From positions 1 to 64,000 of the forward strand of contig JAUCBJ010007068.1 of the NCBI GenBank assembly GCA_032718475.1: 64,000 nt of DNA. The letters run 5' to 3'. Below the pieces are notes generated by a model that did no database searches, had not been told where the DNA came from, and saw only the letters and a list, made by a program, of their open reading frames with translations. The DNA is from Nemertoderma westbladi. Lineage: Eukaryota > Animalia > Xenacoelomorpha. The position numbers and the translations under genes were made by a program. Each line of letters begins with the position of its first letter. The stretch's first letter is position 1. Shown here piece by piece: positions 10,613 through 25,600 of the stretch.

Positions 10613-13600
10613 TTATGGGGCCACTGCTCCATTTACCAGTACACTGGATCTGAGTCTTTATGGGCCACTGCTCCATTTACCAGTACACTGGATCCGAGTC
10701 TTTATGGGGCCACTGCTCCATTTACCAGTACACTGATCCGAGTCTTTATGGGGCCACTGCTCCATTTACCTGTACACTGATCCGAGTCTTTATGGGGCCA
10801 CTGCTCCATTTACCAGTACACGGATCCGAGTCTTTATGGGGCCACTGCTCCATTTACCAGTACACTGGATCCGAGTCTTTATGGGGCCACTGCTCCATTT
10901 ACCAGTACACTGATCCGAGTCTGTATGGGGCCACTGCTCCATTTACCAGTACACTGATCCGAGTCTTTATGGGGCCACTGCTCCATTTACCAGTACACTG
11001 GATCCGAGTCTTTATGGGGCCACTGCTCCATTTACCAGTACACTGATCCGAGTCTGTATGGGGCCACTGCTCCATTTACCAGTACACTGGATCCGAGTCT
11101 TTATGGGGCCACTGCTCCATTTACCAGTACACTGATCCGAGTCTGTATGGGGCCACTGCTCCATTTACCAGTACACTGGATCCGAGTCTTTATGGGGCCA
11201 CTGCTCCATTTACCAGTACACTGATCCGAGTCTGTATGGGGCCACTGCTCCATTTACCAGTACACTGGATCCGAGTCTTTATGGGGCCACTGCTCCAATT
11301 ACCAGTACACTGGATCCGAGTCTTTATGGGGCCACTGCTCCATTTACCAGTACACTGACCCGAGTCTTTATGGGGCCACTGCTCCATTTACTAGTACACC
11401 GGATCCGAGTCTTTATGGGGCCACTGCTCCATTTACTAGTACACTGGACCCGAGTCTTTATGGGGCCACTGCTCCATTTACCAGTACACTGATCCGAGTC
11501 TTTATGGGGCCACTGCTCCATTTACCAGTACACTGGATCCGAGTCTTTATGGGGCCACTGCTCCATTTACCAGTACACTGGATCCGAGTCTTTATGGGGC
11601 CACTGCTCCATTTACCAGTACACTGATCCGAGTCTTTATGGGGCCACTGCTCCATTTACCAGTACACTGCTCCATTTACCAGTACACTGCTCCATTTACC
11701 AGTACACTGATCCGAGTCTTTATGGGGCCACTGCTCCATTTACCAGTACACTGGATCCGAGTCTTTATGGGGCCACTGCTCCATTTACCAGTACACTGAT
11801 CCGAGTCTTTATGGGGCCACTGCTCCATTTACCAGTACACTGGATCCGAGTCTTTATGGGGCCACTGCTCCATTTACCAGTACACTGGATCCGAGTCTTT
11901 ATGGGGCCACTGCTCCATTTACCAGTACACTGGATCCGAGTCTTTATGGGGCCACTGCTCCATTTACCAGTACACTGGATCCGAGTCTTTATGGGGCCAC
12001 TGCTCCATTTACCAATACACTGATCCGAGTCTTTATGGGACCACTGCTCCATTTACCAGTTCACTGGATCCGAGTCTTTATGGGGCCACTGCTCCATTTA
12101 CCAGTACACTGGATCCGAGTCTTTATGGGGCCACTGCTCCATTTACCAGTACACTGATCCGAGTCTTTATGGGGCCACTGCTCCATTTACCAGTACACTG
12201 ATCCGAGTCTTTATGGGGCCACTGCTCCATTTACCAGTACACTGGATCCGAGTCTTTATGGGGCCACTGCTCCATTTACCAGTACACTGGATCCGAGTCT
12301 TTATGGGGCCACTGCTCCATTTACCAGTACACTGGATCCGAGTCTTTATGGGGCCACTGCTCCATTTACCAGTACACTGATCCGAGTCTTTATGGGACCA
12401 CTGCTCCATTTACCAGTTCACTGGATCCGAGTCTTTATGGGGCCACTGCTCCATTTACCAGTACACTGGATCCGAGTCTTTATGGGGCCACTGCTCCATT
12501 TACCAGTACACTGATCCGAGTCTTTATGGGGCCACTGCTCCATTTACCAGTACACTGGATCCGAGTCTTTATGGGGCCACTGCTCCATTTACCAGTACAC
12601 TGATCCGAGTCTTTATGGGGCCACTGCTCCATTTACCAGTACACTGGATCCGAGTCTTTATGGGGCCACTGCTCCATTTACCAGTACACTGATCCGAGTC
12701 TTTATGGGGCCACTGCTCCATTTACCAGTACACTGGATCCGAGTCTTTATGGGGCCACTGCTCCATTTACTAGTACACTGGATCCGAGTCTTTATGGGGC
12801 CACTGCTCCATTTACCAGTACACTGATCCGAGTCTTTATGGGGCCACTGCTCCATTTACCAGTACACTGATCCATTTACCAGTACACTGGATCCGAGTCT
12901 TTATGGGGCCACTGCTCCATTTACCAGTACACTGATCCATTTACCAGTACCCTGGATCCGAGTCTTTATGGGGCCACTGCTCCATTTACCAGTACACTGA
13001 TCCGAGTCTTTATGGGGCCACTGCTCCATTTACCAGTACACTGGATCCGAGTCTTTATGGGGCCACTGCTCCATTTACCAGTACACTGATCCGAGTCTTT
13101 ATGGGGCCACTGCTCCATTTACCAGTACACTGATCCGAGTCTTTATGGGGCCACTGCTCCATTTACCAGTACACTGGATCCGAGTCTTTATGGGGCCACT
13201 GCTCCATTTACCAGTACACTGATCCGAGTCTTTATGGGGCCACTGCTCCATTTACCAGTACACTGATCCGAGTCTTTATGGGGCCACTGCTCCATTTACC
13301 AGTACACTGGATCCGAGTCTTTATGGGGCCACTGCTCCATTTACCAGTACACTGGATCCGAGTCTTTATGGGGCCACTGCTCCATTTACCAGTACACTGG
13401 ATCCGAGTCTTTATGGGGCCACTGCTCCATTTACCAGTACACTGGATCCGAGTCTTTATGGGGCCACTGCTCCATTTACCAGTACACTGGATCCGAGTCT
13501 TTATGGGGCCACTGCTCCATTTACCAGTACACTGATCCGAGTCTTTATGGGGCCACTGCTCCATTTACCAGTACACTGGATCCGAGTCTTTATGGGGCCA

Positions 13601-16600
13601 CTGCTCCATTTACCAGTACACTGGATCCGAGTCTTTATGGGGCCACTGCTCCATTTACCAGTACACTGGATCCGAGTCTTTATGGGGCCACTGCTCCATT
13701 TACCAGTACACTGGATCCGAGTCTTTATGGGGCCACTGCTCCATTTACCAGTACACTGATCCGAGTCTTTATGGGGCCACTGCTCCATTTACCAGTACAC
13801 TGGATCCGAGTCTTTATGGGGCCACTGCTCCATTTACCAGTACACTGATCCGAGTCTTTATGGGGCCACTGCTCCATTTACCAGTACACTGATCCGAGTC
13901 TTTATGGGGCCACTGCTCCATTTACCAGTACACTGGATCCGAGTCTTTATGGGGCCACTGCTCCATTTACCAGTACACTGGATCCGAGTCTTTATGGGGC
14001 CACTGCTCCATTTACCAGTACACTGGATCCGAGTCTTTATGGGGCCTCTGCTCCATTTACCAGTACACTGGATCCGAGTCTTTATGGGGCCACTGCTCCA
14101 TTTACCAGTACACTGGATCCGAGTCTTTATGGGGCCACTGCTCCATTTACCAGTACACTGGATCCGAGTCTTTATGGGGCCACTGCTCCATTTACCAGTA
14201 CACTGGATCCGAGTCTTTATGGGGCCACTGCTCCATTTACCAGTACACTGGATCCGAGTCTTTATGGGGCCACTGCTCCATTTACCAGTACACTGGATCC
14301 GAGTCTTTATGGGGCCACTGCTCCATTTACCAGTACACTGATCCGAGTCTTTATGGGGCCACTGCTCCATTTACCAGTACACTGGATCCGAGTCTTTATG
14401 GGGCCACTGCTCCATTTACCAGTACACTGATCCGAGTCTTTATGGGGCCACTGCTCCATTTACCAGTACACTGGATCCGAGTCTTTATGGGGCCACTGCT
14501 CCATTTACCAGTACACTGGATCCGAGTCTTTATGGGGCCACTGCTCCATTTACCAGTACACTGGATCCGAGTCTTTATGGGGCCACTGCTCCATTTACCA
14601 GTACACTGGATCCGAGTCTTTATGGGGCCACTGCTCCATTTACCAGTACACTGATCCGAGTCTTTATGGGGCCACTGCTCCATTTACCAGTACACTGGAT
14701 CCGAGTCTTTATGGGGCCACTGCTCCATTTACCAGTACACTGGATCCGAGTCTTTATGGGGCCACTGCTCCATTTACCAGTACACTGATCCGAGTCTTTA
14801 TGGGGCCACTGCTCCATTTACCAGTACACTGGATCCGAGTCTTTATGGGGCCACTGCTCCATTTACCAGTACACTGATCCGAGTCTTTATGGGGCCACTG
14901 CTCCATTTACCAGTACACTGGATCCGAGTCTTTATGGGGCCACTGCTCCATTTACCAGTACACTGGATCCGAGTCTTTATGGGGCCACTGCTCCATTTAC
15001 CAGTACACTGGATCCGAGTCTTTATGGGGCCACTGCTCCATTTACCAGTACACTGGATCCGAGTCTTTATGGGGCCACTGCTCCATTTACCAGTACACTG
15101 GATCCGAGTCTTTATGGGGCCACTGCTCCATTTACCAGTACACTGGATCCGAGTCTTTATGGGGCCACTGCTCCATTTACCAGTACACTGGATCCGAGTC
15201 TTTATGGGGCCACTGCTCCATTTACCAGTACACTGGATCCGAGTCTTTATGGGGCCACTGCTCCATTTACCAGTACACTGGATCCGAGTCTTTATGGGGC
15301 CACTGCTCCATTTACCAGTACACTGGATCCGAGTCTTTATGGGGCCACTGCTCCATTTACCAGTACACTGGATCCGAGTCTTTATGGGGCCACTGCTCCA
15401 TTTACCAGTACACTGGATCCGAGTCTTTATGGGGCCACTGCTCCATTTACCAGTACACTGGATCCGAGTCTTTATGGGGCCACTGCTCCATTTACCAGTA
15501 CACTGGATCCGAGTCTTTATGGGGCCACTGCTCCATTTACCAGTACACTGGATCCGAGTCTTTATGGGGCCACTGCTCCATTTACCAGTACACTGGATCC
15601 GAGTCTTTATGGGGCCACTGCTCCATTTACCAGTACACTGGATCCGAGTCTTTATGGGGCCACTGCTCCATTTACCAGTACACTGGATCCGAGTCTTTAT
15701 GGGGCCACTGCTCCATTTACCAGTACACTGGATCCGAGTCTTTATGGGGCCACTGCTCCATTTACCAGTACACTGGATCCGAGTCTTTATGGGGCCACTG
15801 CTCCATTTACCAGTACACTGGATCCGAGTCTTTATGGGGCCACTGCTCCATTTACCAGTACACTGGATCCGAGTCTTTATGGGGCCACTGCTCCATTTAC
15901 CAGTACACTGGATCCGAGTCTTTATGGGGCCACTGCTCCATTTACCAGTACACTGGATCCGAGTCTTTATGGGGCCACTGCTCCATTTACCAGTACACTG
16001 GATCCGAGTCTTTATGGGGCCACTGCTCCATTTACCAGTACACTGGATCCGAGTCTTTATGGGGCCACTGCTCCATTTACCAGTACACTGGATCCGAGTC
16101 TTTATGGGGCCACTGCTCCATTTACCAGTACACTGGATCCGAGTCTTTATGGGGCCACTGCTCCATTTACCAGTACACTGGATCCGAGTCTTTATGGGGC
16201 CACTGCTCCATTTACCAGTACACTGGATCCGAGTCTTTATGGGGCCACTGCTCCATTTACCAGTACACTGATCCGAGTCTTTATGGGGCCACTGCTCCAT
16301 TTACCAGTACACTGGATCCGAGTCTTTATGGGGCCACTGCTCCATTTACCAGTACACTGGATCCGAGTCTTTATGGGGCCACTGCTCCATTTACCAGTAC
16401 ACTGGATCCGAGTCTTTATGGGGCCACTGCTCCATTTACCAGTACACTGGATCCGAGTCTTTATGGGGCCACTGCTCCATTTACCAGTACACTGGATCCG
16501 AGTCTTTATGGGGCCACTGCTCCATTTACCAGTACACTGGATCCGAGTCTTTATGGGGCCACTGCTCCATTTACCAGTACACTGGATCCGAGTCTTTATG

Positions 16601-19600
16601 GGGCCACTGCTCCATTTACCAGTACACTGGATCCGAGTCTTTATGGGGCCACTGCTCCATTTACCAGTACACTGGATCCGAGTCTTTATGGGGCCACTGC
16701 TCCATTTACCAGTACACTGGATCCGAGTCTTTATGGGGCCACTGCTCCATTTACCAGTACACTGGATCCGAGTCTTTATGGGGCCACTGCTCCATTTACC
16801 AGTACACTGGATCCGAGTCTTTATGGGGCCACTGCTCCATTTACCAGTACACTGGATCCGAGTCTTTATGGGGCCACTGCTCCATTTACCAGTACACTGG
16901 ATCCGAGTCTTTATGGGGCCACTGCTCCATTTACCAGTACACTGGATCCGAGTCTTTATGGGGCCACTGCTCCATTTACCAGTACACTGGATCCGAGTCT
17001 TTATGGGGCCACTGCTCCATTTACCAGTACACTGGATCCGAGTCTTTATGGGGCCACTGCTCCATTTACCAGTACACTGGATCCGAGTCTTTATGGGGCC
17101 ACTGCTCCATTTACCAGTACACTGGATCCGAGTCTTTATGGGGCCACTGCTCCATTTACCAGTACACTGGATCCGAGTCTTTATGGGGCCACTGCTCCAT
17201 TTACCAGTACACTGGATCCGAGTCTTTATGGGGCCACTGCTCCATTTACCAGTACACTGGATCCGAGTCTTTATGGGGCCACTGCTCCATTTACCAGTAC
17301 ACTGGATCCGAGTCTTTATGGGGCCACTGCTCCATTTACCAGTACACTGGATCCGAGTCTTTATGGGGCCACTGCTCCATTTACCAGTACACTGGATCCG
17401 AGTCTTTATGGGGCCACTGCTCCATTTACCAGTACACTGGATCCGAGTCTTTATGGGGCCACTGCTCCATTTACCAGTACACTGGATCCGAGTCTTTATG
17501 GGGCCACTGCTCCATTTACCAGTACACTGGATCCGAGTCTTTATGGGGCCACTGCTCCATTTACCAGTACACTGGATCCGAGTCTTTATGGGGCCACTGC
17601 TCCATTTACCAGTACACTGGATCCGAGTCTTTATGGGGCCACTGCTCCATTTACCAGTACACTGGATCCGAGTCTTTATGGGGCCACTGCTCCATTTACC
17701 AGTACACTGATCCGAGTCTTTATGGGGCCACTGCTCCATTTACCAGTACACTGGATCCGAGTCTTTATGGGGCCACTGCTCCATTTACCAGTACACTGGA
17801 TCCGAGTCTTTATGGGGCCACTGCTCCATTTACCAGTACACTGGATCCGAGTCTTTATGGGGCCACTGCTCCATTTACCAGTACACTGGATCCGAGTCTT
17901 TATGGGGCCACTGCTCCATTTACCAGTACACTGGATCCGAGTCTTTATGGGGCCACTGCTCCATTTACCAGTACACTGGATCCGAGTCTTTATGGGGCCA
18001 CTGCTCCATTTACCAGTACACTGGATCCGAGTCTTTATGGGGCCACTGCTCCATTTACCAGTACACTGGATCCGAGTCTTTATGGGGCCACTGCTCCATT
18101 TACCAGTACACTGGATCCGAGTCTTTATGGGGCCACTGCTCCATTTACCAGTACACTGATCCGAGTCTTTATGGGGCCACTGCTCCATTTACCAGTACAC
18201 TGGATCCGAGTCTTTATGGGGCCACTGCTCCATTTACCAGTACACTGGATCCGAGTCTTTATGGGGCCACTGCTCCATTTACCAGTACACTGGATCCGAG
18301 TCTTTATGGGGCCACTGCTCCATTTACCAGTACACTGATCCGAGTCTTTATGGGGCCACTGCTCCATTTACCAGTACACTGGATCCGAGTCTTTATGGGG
18401 CCACTGCTCCATTTACCAGTACACTGGATCCGAGTCTTTATGGGGCCACTGCTCCATTTACCAGTACACTGATCCGAGTCTTTATGGGGCCACTGCTCCA
18501 TTTACCAGTACACTGGATCCGAGTCTTTATGGGGCCACTGCTCCATTTACCAGTACACTGGATCCGAGTCTTTATGGGGCCACTGCTCCATTTACCAGTA
18601 CACTGATCCGAGTCTTTATGGGGCCACTGCTCCATTTACCAGTACACTGGATCCGAGTCTTTATGGGGCCACTGCTCCATTTACCAGTACACTGGATCCG
18701 AGTCTTTATGGGGCCACTGCTCCATTTACCAGTACACTGGATCCGAGTCTTTATGGGGCCACTGCTCCATTTACCAGTACACTGGATCCGAGTCTTTATG
18801 GGGCCACTGCTCCATTTACCAGTACACTGGATCCGAGTCTTTATGGGGCCACTGCTCCATTTACCAGTACACTGGATCCGAGTCTTTATGGGGCCACTGC
18901 TCCATTTACCAGTACACTGGATCCGAGTCTTTATGGGGCCACTGCTCCATTTACCAGTACACTGGATCCGAGTCTTTATGGGGCCACTGCTCCATTTACC
19001 AGTACACTGGATCCGAGTCTTTATGGGGCCACTGCTCCATTTACCAGTACACTGGATCCGAGTCTTTATGGGGCCACTGCTCCATTTACCAGTACACTGG
19101 ATCCGAGTCTTTATGGGGCCACTGCTCCATTTACCAGTACACTGGATCCGAGTCTTTATGGGGCCACTGCTCCATTTACCAGTACACTGGATCCGAGTCT
19201 TTATGGGGCCACTGCTCCATTTACCAGTACACTGGATCCGAGTCTTTATGGGGCCACTGCTCCATTTACCAGTACACTGGATCCGAGTCTTTATGGGGCC
19301 ACTGCTCCATTTACCAGTACACTGGATCCGAGTCTTTATGGGGCCACTGCTCCATTTACCAGTACACTGGATCCGAGTCTTTATGGGGCCACTGCTCCAT
19401 TTACCAGTACACTGGATCCGAGTCTTTATGGGGCCACTGCTCCATTTACCAGTACACTGGATCCGAGTCTTTATGGGGCCACTGCTCCATTTACCAGTAC
19501 ACTGGATCCGAGTCTTTATGGGGCCACTGCTCCATTTACCAGTACACTGGATCCGAGTCTTTATGGGGCCACTGCTCCATTTACCAGTACACTGATCCGA

Positions 19601-22600
19601 GTCTTTATGGGGCCACTGCTCCATTTACCAGTACACTGGATCCGAGTCTTTATGGGGCCACTGCTCCATTTACCAGTTCACTGATCCGAGTCTTTATGGG
19701 GCCACTGCTCCATTTACCAGTACACTGGATCCGAGTCTTTATGGGGCCACTGCTCCATTTACCAGTACACTGATCCGAGTCTTTATGGGGCCCCTGCTCC
19801 ATTTACCAGTACACTGGATCCGAGTCTTTATGGGGCCACTGCTCCATTTACCAGTTCACTGATCCGAGTCTTTATGGGGCCACTGCTCCATTTACCAGTA
19901 CACTGGATCCGAGTCTTTATGGGGCCACTGCTCCATTTACCAGTACACTGATCCGAGTCTTTATGGGGCCCCTGCTCCATTTACCAGTACACTGGATCCG
20001 AGTCTTTATGGGGCCACTGCTCCATTTACCAGTACACTGGATCCGAGTCTTTATGGGGCCACTGCTCCATTTACCAGTACACTGGATCCGAGTCTTTATG
20101 GGGCCACTGCTCCATTTACCAGTACACTGATCCGAGTCTTTATGGGGCCCCTGCTCCATTTACCAGTACACTGGATCCGAGTCTTTATGGGGCCACTGCT
20201 CCATTTACCAGTACACTGGATCCGAGTCTTTATGGGGCCACTGCTCCATTTACCAGTACACTGGATCCGAGTCTTTATGGGGCCACTGCTCCATTTACCA
20301 GTTCACTGGTCCGAGTCTTTATGGAGCCACTGCTCCATTTACCAGTACACTGATCCATTTACCAGTATACTGATCCGAGTCTTTATGGGGCCACTGCTCC
20401 ATTTACCAGTACACTGGATCCGAGTCTTTATGGGGCCACTGCTCCATTTACCAGTACACTGACCCGAGTCTTTATGGGGCCACTGCTCCATTTACCAGTA
20501 CACTGATCCGAGTCTTTATGGGGCCACTGCTCCATTTACCAGTACACTGATCCGAGTCTTTATGGGGCCACTGCTCCATTTACCAGTTCACTGATCCGAG
20601 TCTTTATGGGGCCACTGCTCCATTTACCAGTACACTGGATCCGAGTCTTTATGGGGCCACTGCTCCATTTACCAGTACACTGGATCCGAGTCTTTATGGG
20701 GCCACTGCTCCATTTACTAGTACACTGGATCCGAGTCTTTATGGGGCCACTGCTCCATTTACTAGTACACTGGATCCGAGTCTTTATGGGACCACTGCTC
20801 CATTTACTAGTACACTGGATCCGAGTCTTTATGGGGCCACTGCTCCATTTACCAGTACACGGATCCGAGTCTTTATGGGACCACTGCTCCATTTACCAGT
20901 ACACTGGATCCGAGTCTTTATGGGACCACTGCTCCATTTACTAGTACACTGGATCCGAGTCTTTATGGGGCCACTGCTCCATTTACCAGTACACTGGATC
21001 CGAGTCTTTATGGGGCCACTGCTCCATTTACCAGTACACTGGATCCGAGTCTTTATGGGGCCACTGCTCCATTTACCAGTACACTGGATCCGAGTCTTTA
21101 TGGGGCCACTGCTCCATTTACCAGTACACTGATCCGAGTCTTTATGGGGCCACTGCTCCATTTACCAGTACACTGGATCCGAGTCTTTATGGGGCCACTG
21201 CTCCATTTACCAGTTCACTGATCCGAGTCTTTATGGGGCCACTGCTCCATTTACCAGTACACTGGATCCGAGTCTTTATGGGGCCACTGCTCCATTTACC
21301 AGTACACTGATCCGAGTCTTTATGGGGCCCCTGCTCCATTTACCAGTACACTGGATCCGAGTCTTTATGGGGCCACTGCTCCATTTACCAGTTCACTGAT
21401 CCGAGTCTTTATGGGGCCACTGCTCCATTTACCAGTACACTGGATCCGAGTCTTTATGGGGCCACTGCTCCATTTACCAGTACACTGATCCGAGTCTTTA
21501 TGGGGCCCCTGCTCCATTTACCAGTACACTGGATCCGAGTCTTTATGGGGCCACTGCTCCATTTACCAGTACACTGGATCCGAGTCTTTATGGGGCCACT
21601 GCTCCATTTACCAGTACACTGGATCCGAGTCTTTATGGGGCCACTGCTCCATTTACCAGTACACTGATCCGAGTCTTTATGGGGCCCCTGCTCCATTTAC
21701 CAGTACACTGGATCCGAGTCTTTATGGGGCCACTGCTCCATTTACCAGTACACTGGATCCGAGTCTTTATGGGGCCACTGCTCCATTTACCAGTACACTG
21801 GATCCGAGTCTTTATGGGGCCACTGCTCCATTTACCAGTTCACTGGTCCGAGTCTTTATGGAGCCACTGCTCCATTTACCAGTACACTGATCCATTTACC
21901 AGTATACTGATCCGAGTCTTTATGGGGCCACTGCTCCATTTACCAGTACACTGGATCCGAGTCTTTATGGGGCCACTGCTCCATTTACCAGTACACTGAC
22001 CCGAGTCTTTATGGGGCCACTGCTCCATTTACCAGTACACTGATCCGAGTCTTTATGGGGCCACTGCTCCATTTACCAGTACACTGATCCGAGTCTTTAT
22101 GGGGCCACTGCTCCATTTACCAGTTCACTGATCCGAGTCTTTATGGGGCCACTGCTCCATTTACCAGTACACTGGATCCGAGTCTTTATGGGGCCACTGC
22201 TCCATTTACCAGTACACTGGATCCGAGTCTTTATGGGGCCACTGCTCCATTTACTAGTACACTGGATCCGAGTCTTTATGGGGCCACTGCTCCATTTACT
22301 AGTACACTGGATCCGAGTCTTTATGGGACCACTGCTCCATTTACTAGTACACTGGATCCGAGTCTTTATGGGGCCACTGCTCCATTTACCAGTACACGGA
22401 TCCGAGTCTTTATGGGACCACTGCTCCATTTACCAGTACACTGGATCCGAGTCTTTATGGGACCACTGCTCCATTTACTAGTACACTGGATCCGAGTCTT
22501 TATGGGGCCACTGCTCCATTTACTAGTACACTGGATCCGAGTCTTTATGGGGCCACTGCTCCATTTACCAGTACACGGATCCGAGTCTTTATGGGACCAC

Positions 22601-25600
22601 TGCTCCATTTACCAGTACACTGGATCCGAGTCTTTATGGGGCCACTGCTCCATTTACCAGTACACTGATCCGAGTCTTTATGGGGCCACTGCTCCATTTA
22701 CCAATACGAGTCATTATGGGGCCACTGCTCCATTTACCAGTACACTGGATCCGAGTCTTTATGGGGCCACTGCTCCATTTACCAGTACACTGGATCCGAG
22801 TCTTTATGGGGCCACTGCTCCATTTACCAATACGAGTCATTATGGGGCCACTGCTCCATTTACCAGTACACTGGATCCGAGTCTTTATGGGGCCACTGCT
22901 CCATTTACCAGTACACTGGATCCGAGTCTTTATGGGGCCACTGCTCCATTTACCAGTACACTGGATCCGAGTCTTTATGGGGCCACTGCTCCATTTACCA
23001 ATACGAGTCATTATGGGGCCACTGCTCCATTTACCAGTACACTGGATCCGAGTCTTTATGGGGCCACTGCTCCATTTACCAGTACACTGGATCCGAGTCT
23101 TTATGGGGCCACTGCTCCATTTACCAGTACACTGGATCCGAGTCTTTATGGGGCCACTGCTCCATTTACCAATACGAGTCATTATGGGGCCACTGCTCCA
23201 TTTACCAGTACACTGGATCCGAGTCTTTATGGGGCCACTGCTCCATTTACCAGTTCACTGATCCGAGTCTTTATGGGGCCACTGCTCCATTTACCAGTAC
23301 ACTGATCCGAGTCTTTATGGGGCCACTGCTCCATTTACCAGTACACTGGATCCGAGTCTTTATGGGGCCACTGCTCCATTTACCAGTACACTGGATCCGA
23401 GTCTTTATGGGGCCACTGCTCCATTTACCAGTACACTGATTCGAGTCTTTATGGGGCCACTGCTCCATTTACCAGTACACTGGATCCGAGTCTTTATGGG
23501 GCCACTGCTCCATTTACCAGTACACTGGATCCGAGTCTTTATGGGGCCACTGCTCCATTTACCAGTACACTGGATCCGAGTCTTTATGGGGCCACTGCTC
23601 CATTTACCAGTACACTGATCCGAGTCTTTATGGGGCCACTGCTCCATTTACCAGTACACTGGATCCGAGTCTTTATGGGGCCACTGCTCCATTTACCAGT
23701 ACACTGGATCCGAGTCTTTATGGGACCACTGCTCCATTTACCAATACGAGTCATTATGGGGCCACTGCTCCATTTACCAGTACACTGGATCCGAGTCTTT
23801 ATGGGGCCACTGCTCCATTTACCAATACGAGTCATTATGGGGCCACTGCTCCATTTACCAGTACACTGGATCCGAGTCTTTATGGGGCCACTGCTCCATT
23901 TACCAGTACACTGGATCCGAGTCTTTATGGGGCCACTGCTCCATTTACCAGTACACTGGATCCGAGTCTTTATGGGGCCACTGCTCCATTTACCAATACG
24001 AGTCATTATGGGGCCACTGCTCCATTTACCAGTACACTGGATCCGAGTCTTTATGGGGCCACTGCTCCATTTACCAATACGAGTCATTATGGGGCCACTG
24101 CTCCATTTACCAGTACACTGGATCCGAGTCTTTATGGGGCACTGCTCCATTTACCAGTACACTGGATCCGAGTCTTTATGGGGCCACTGCTCCATTTACC
24201 AGTACACTGGATCCGAGTCTTTATGGGGCCACTGCTCCATTTACCAATACGAGTCATTATGGGGCCACTGCTCCATTTACCAGTACACTGATCAGAGTCT
24301 TTATGGGGCCACTGCTCCATTTACCAGTACACTGATCCGAGTCTGTATGGGGCCACTGCTCCATTTACCAGTACACTGGATCCGAGTCTTTATGGGGCCA
24401 CTGCTCCATTTACCAGTACACTGATCCGAGTCTTTATGGGGCCACTGCTCCATTTACCAGTATACTGGATCCGAGTCTTTATGGGGCCACTGCTCCATTT
24501 ACCAGTACACTGGATCCGAGTCTTTATAGGGCCACTGCTCCATTTACCAGTACACTGGATCCGAGTCTTTATGGGGCCACTGCTCCATTTACCAGTACAC
24601 TGGATCCGAGTCTTTATGGGGCCACTGCTCCATTTACCAGTACACTGATCCGAGTCTTTATGGGGCCACTGCTCCATTTACCAGTACACTGGATCCGAGT
24701 CTTTATGGGGCCACTGCTCCATTTACCAGTACACTGGATCCGAGTCTTTATGGGGCCACTGCTCCATTTACCAGTACACTGGATCCGAGTCTTTATGGGG
24801 CCACTGCTCCATTTACCAGTACACTGATCCGAGTCTTTATGGGGCCACTGCTCCATTTACCAGTACACTGGATCCGAGTCTTTATGGGGCCACTGCTCCA
24901 TTTACCAGTACACTGGATCCGAGTCTTTATGGGGCCACTGCTCCATTTACCAGTACACTGATCCGAGTCTTTATGGGGCCACTGCTCCATTTACCAGTAC
25001 ACTGATCCGAGTCTTTATGGGGCCACTGCTCCATTTACCAGTACACTGGATCCGAGTCTTTATGGGGCCACTGCTCCATTTACCAGTACACTGGATCCGA
25101 GTCTTTATGGGGCCACTGCTCCATTTACCAGTACACTGATTCGAGTCTTTATGGGGCCACTGCTCCATTTACCAGTACACTGGATCCGAGTCTTTATGGG
25201 GCCACTGCTCCATTTACCAGTACACTGGATCCGAGTCTTTATGGGGCCACTGCTCCATTTACCAGTACACTGGATCCGAGTCTTTATGGGGCCACTGCTC
25301 CATTTACCAGTACACTGATCCGAGTCTTTATGGGGCCACTGCTCCATTTACCAGTACACTGGATCCGAGTCTTTATGGGACCACTGCTCCATTTACCAAT
25401 ACGAGTCATTATGGGGCCACTGCTCCATTTACCAGTACACTGGATCCGAGTCTTTATGGGGCCACTGCTCCATTTACCAATACGAGTCATTATGGGGCCA
25501 CTGCTCCATTTACCAGTACACTGGATCCGAGTCTTTATGGGGCCACTGCTCCATTTACCAGTACACTGGATCCGAGTCTTTATGGGGCCACTGCTCCATT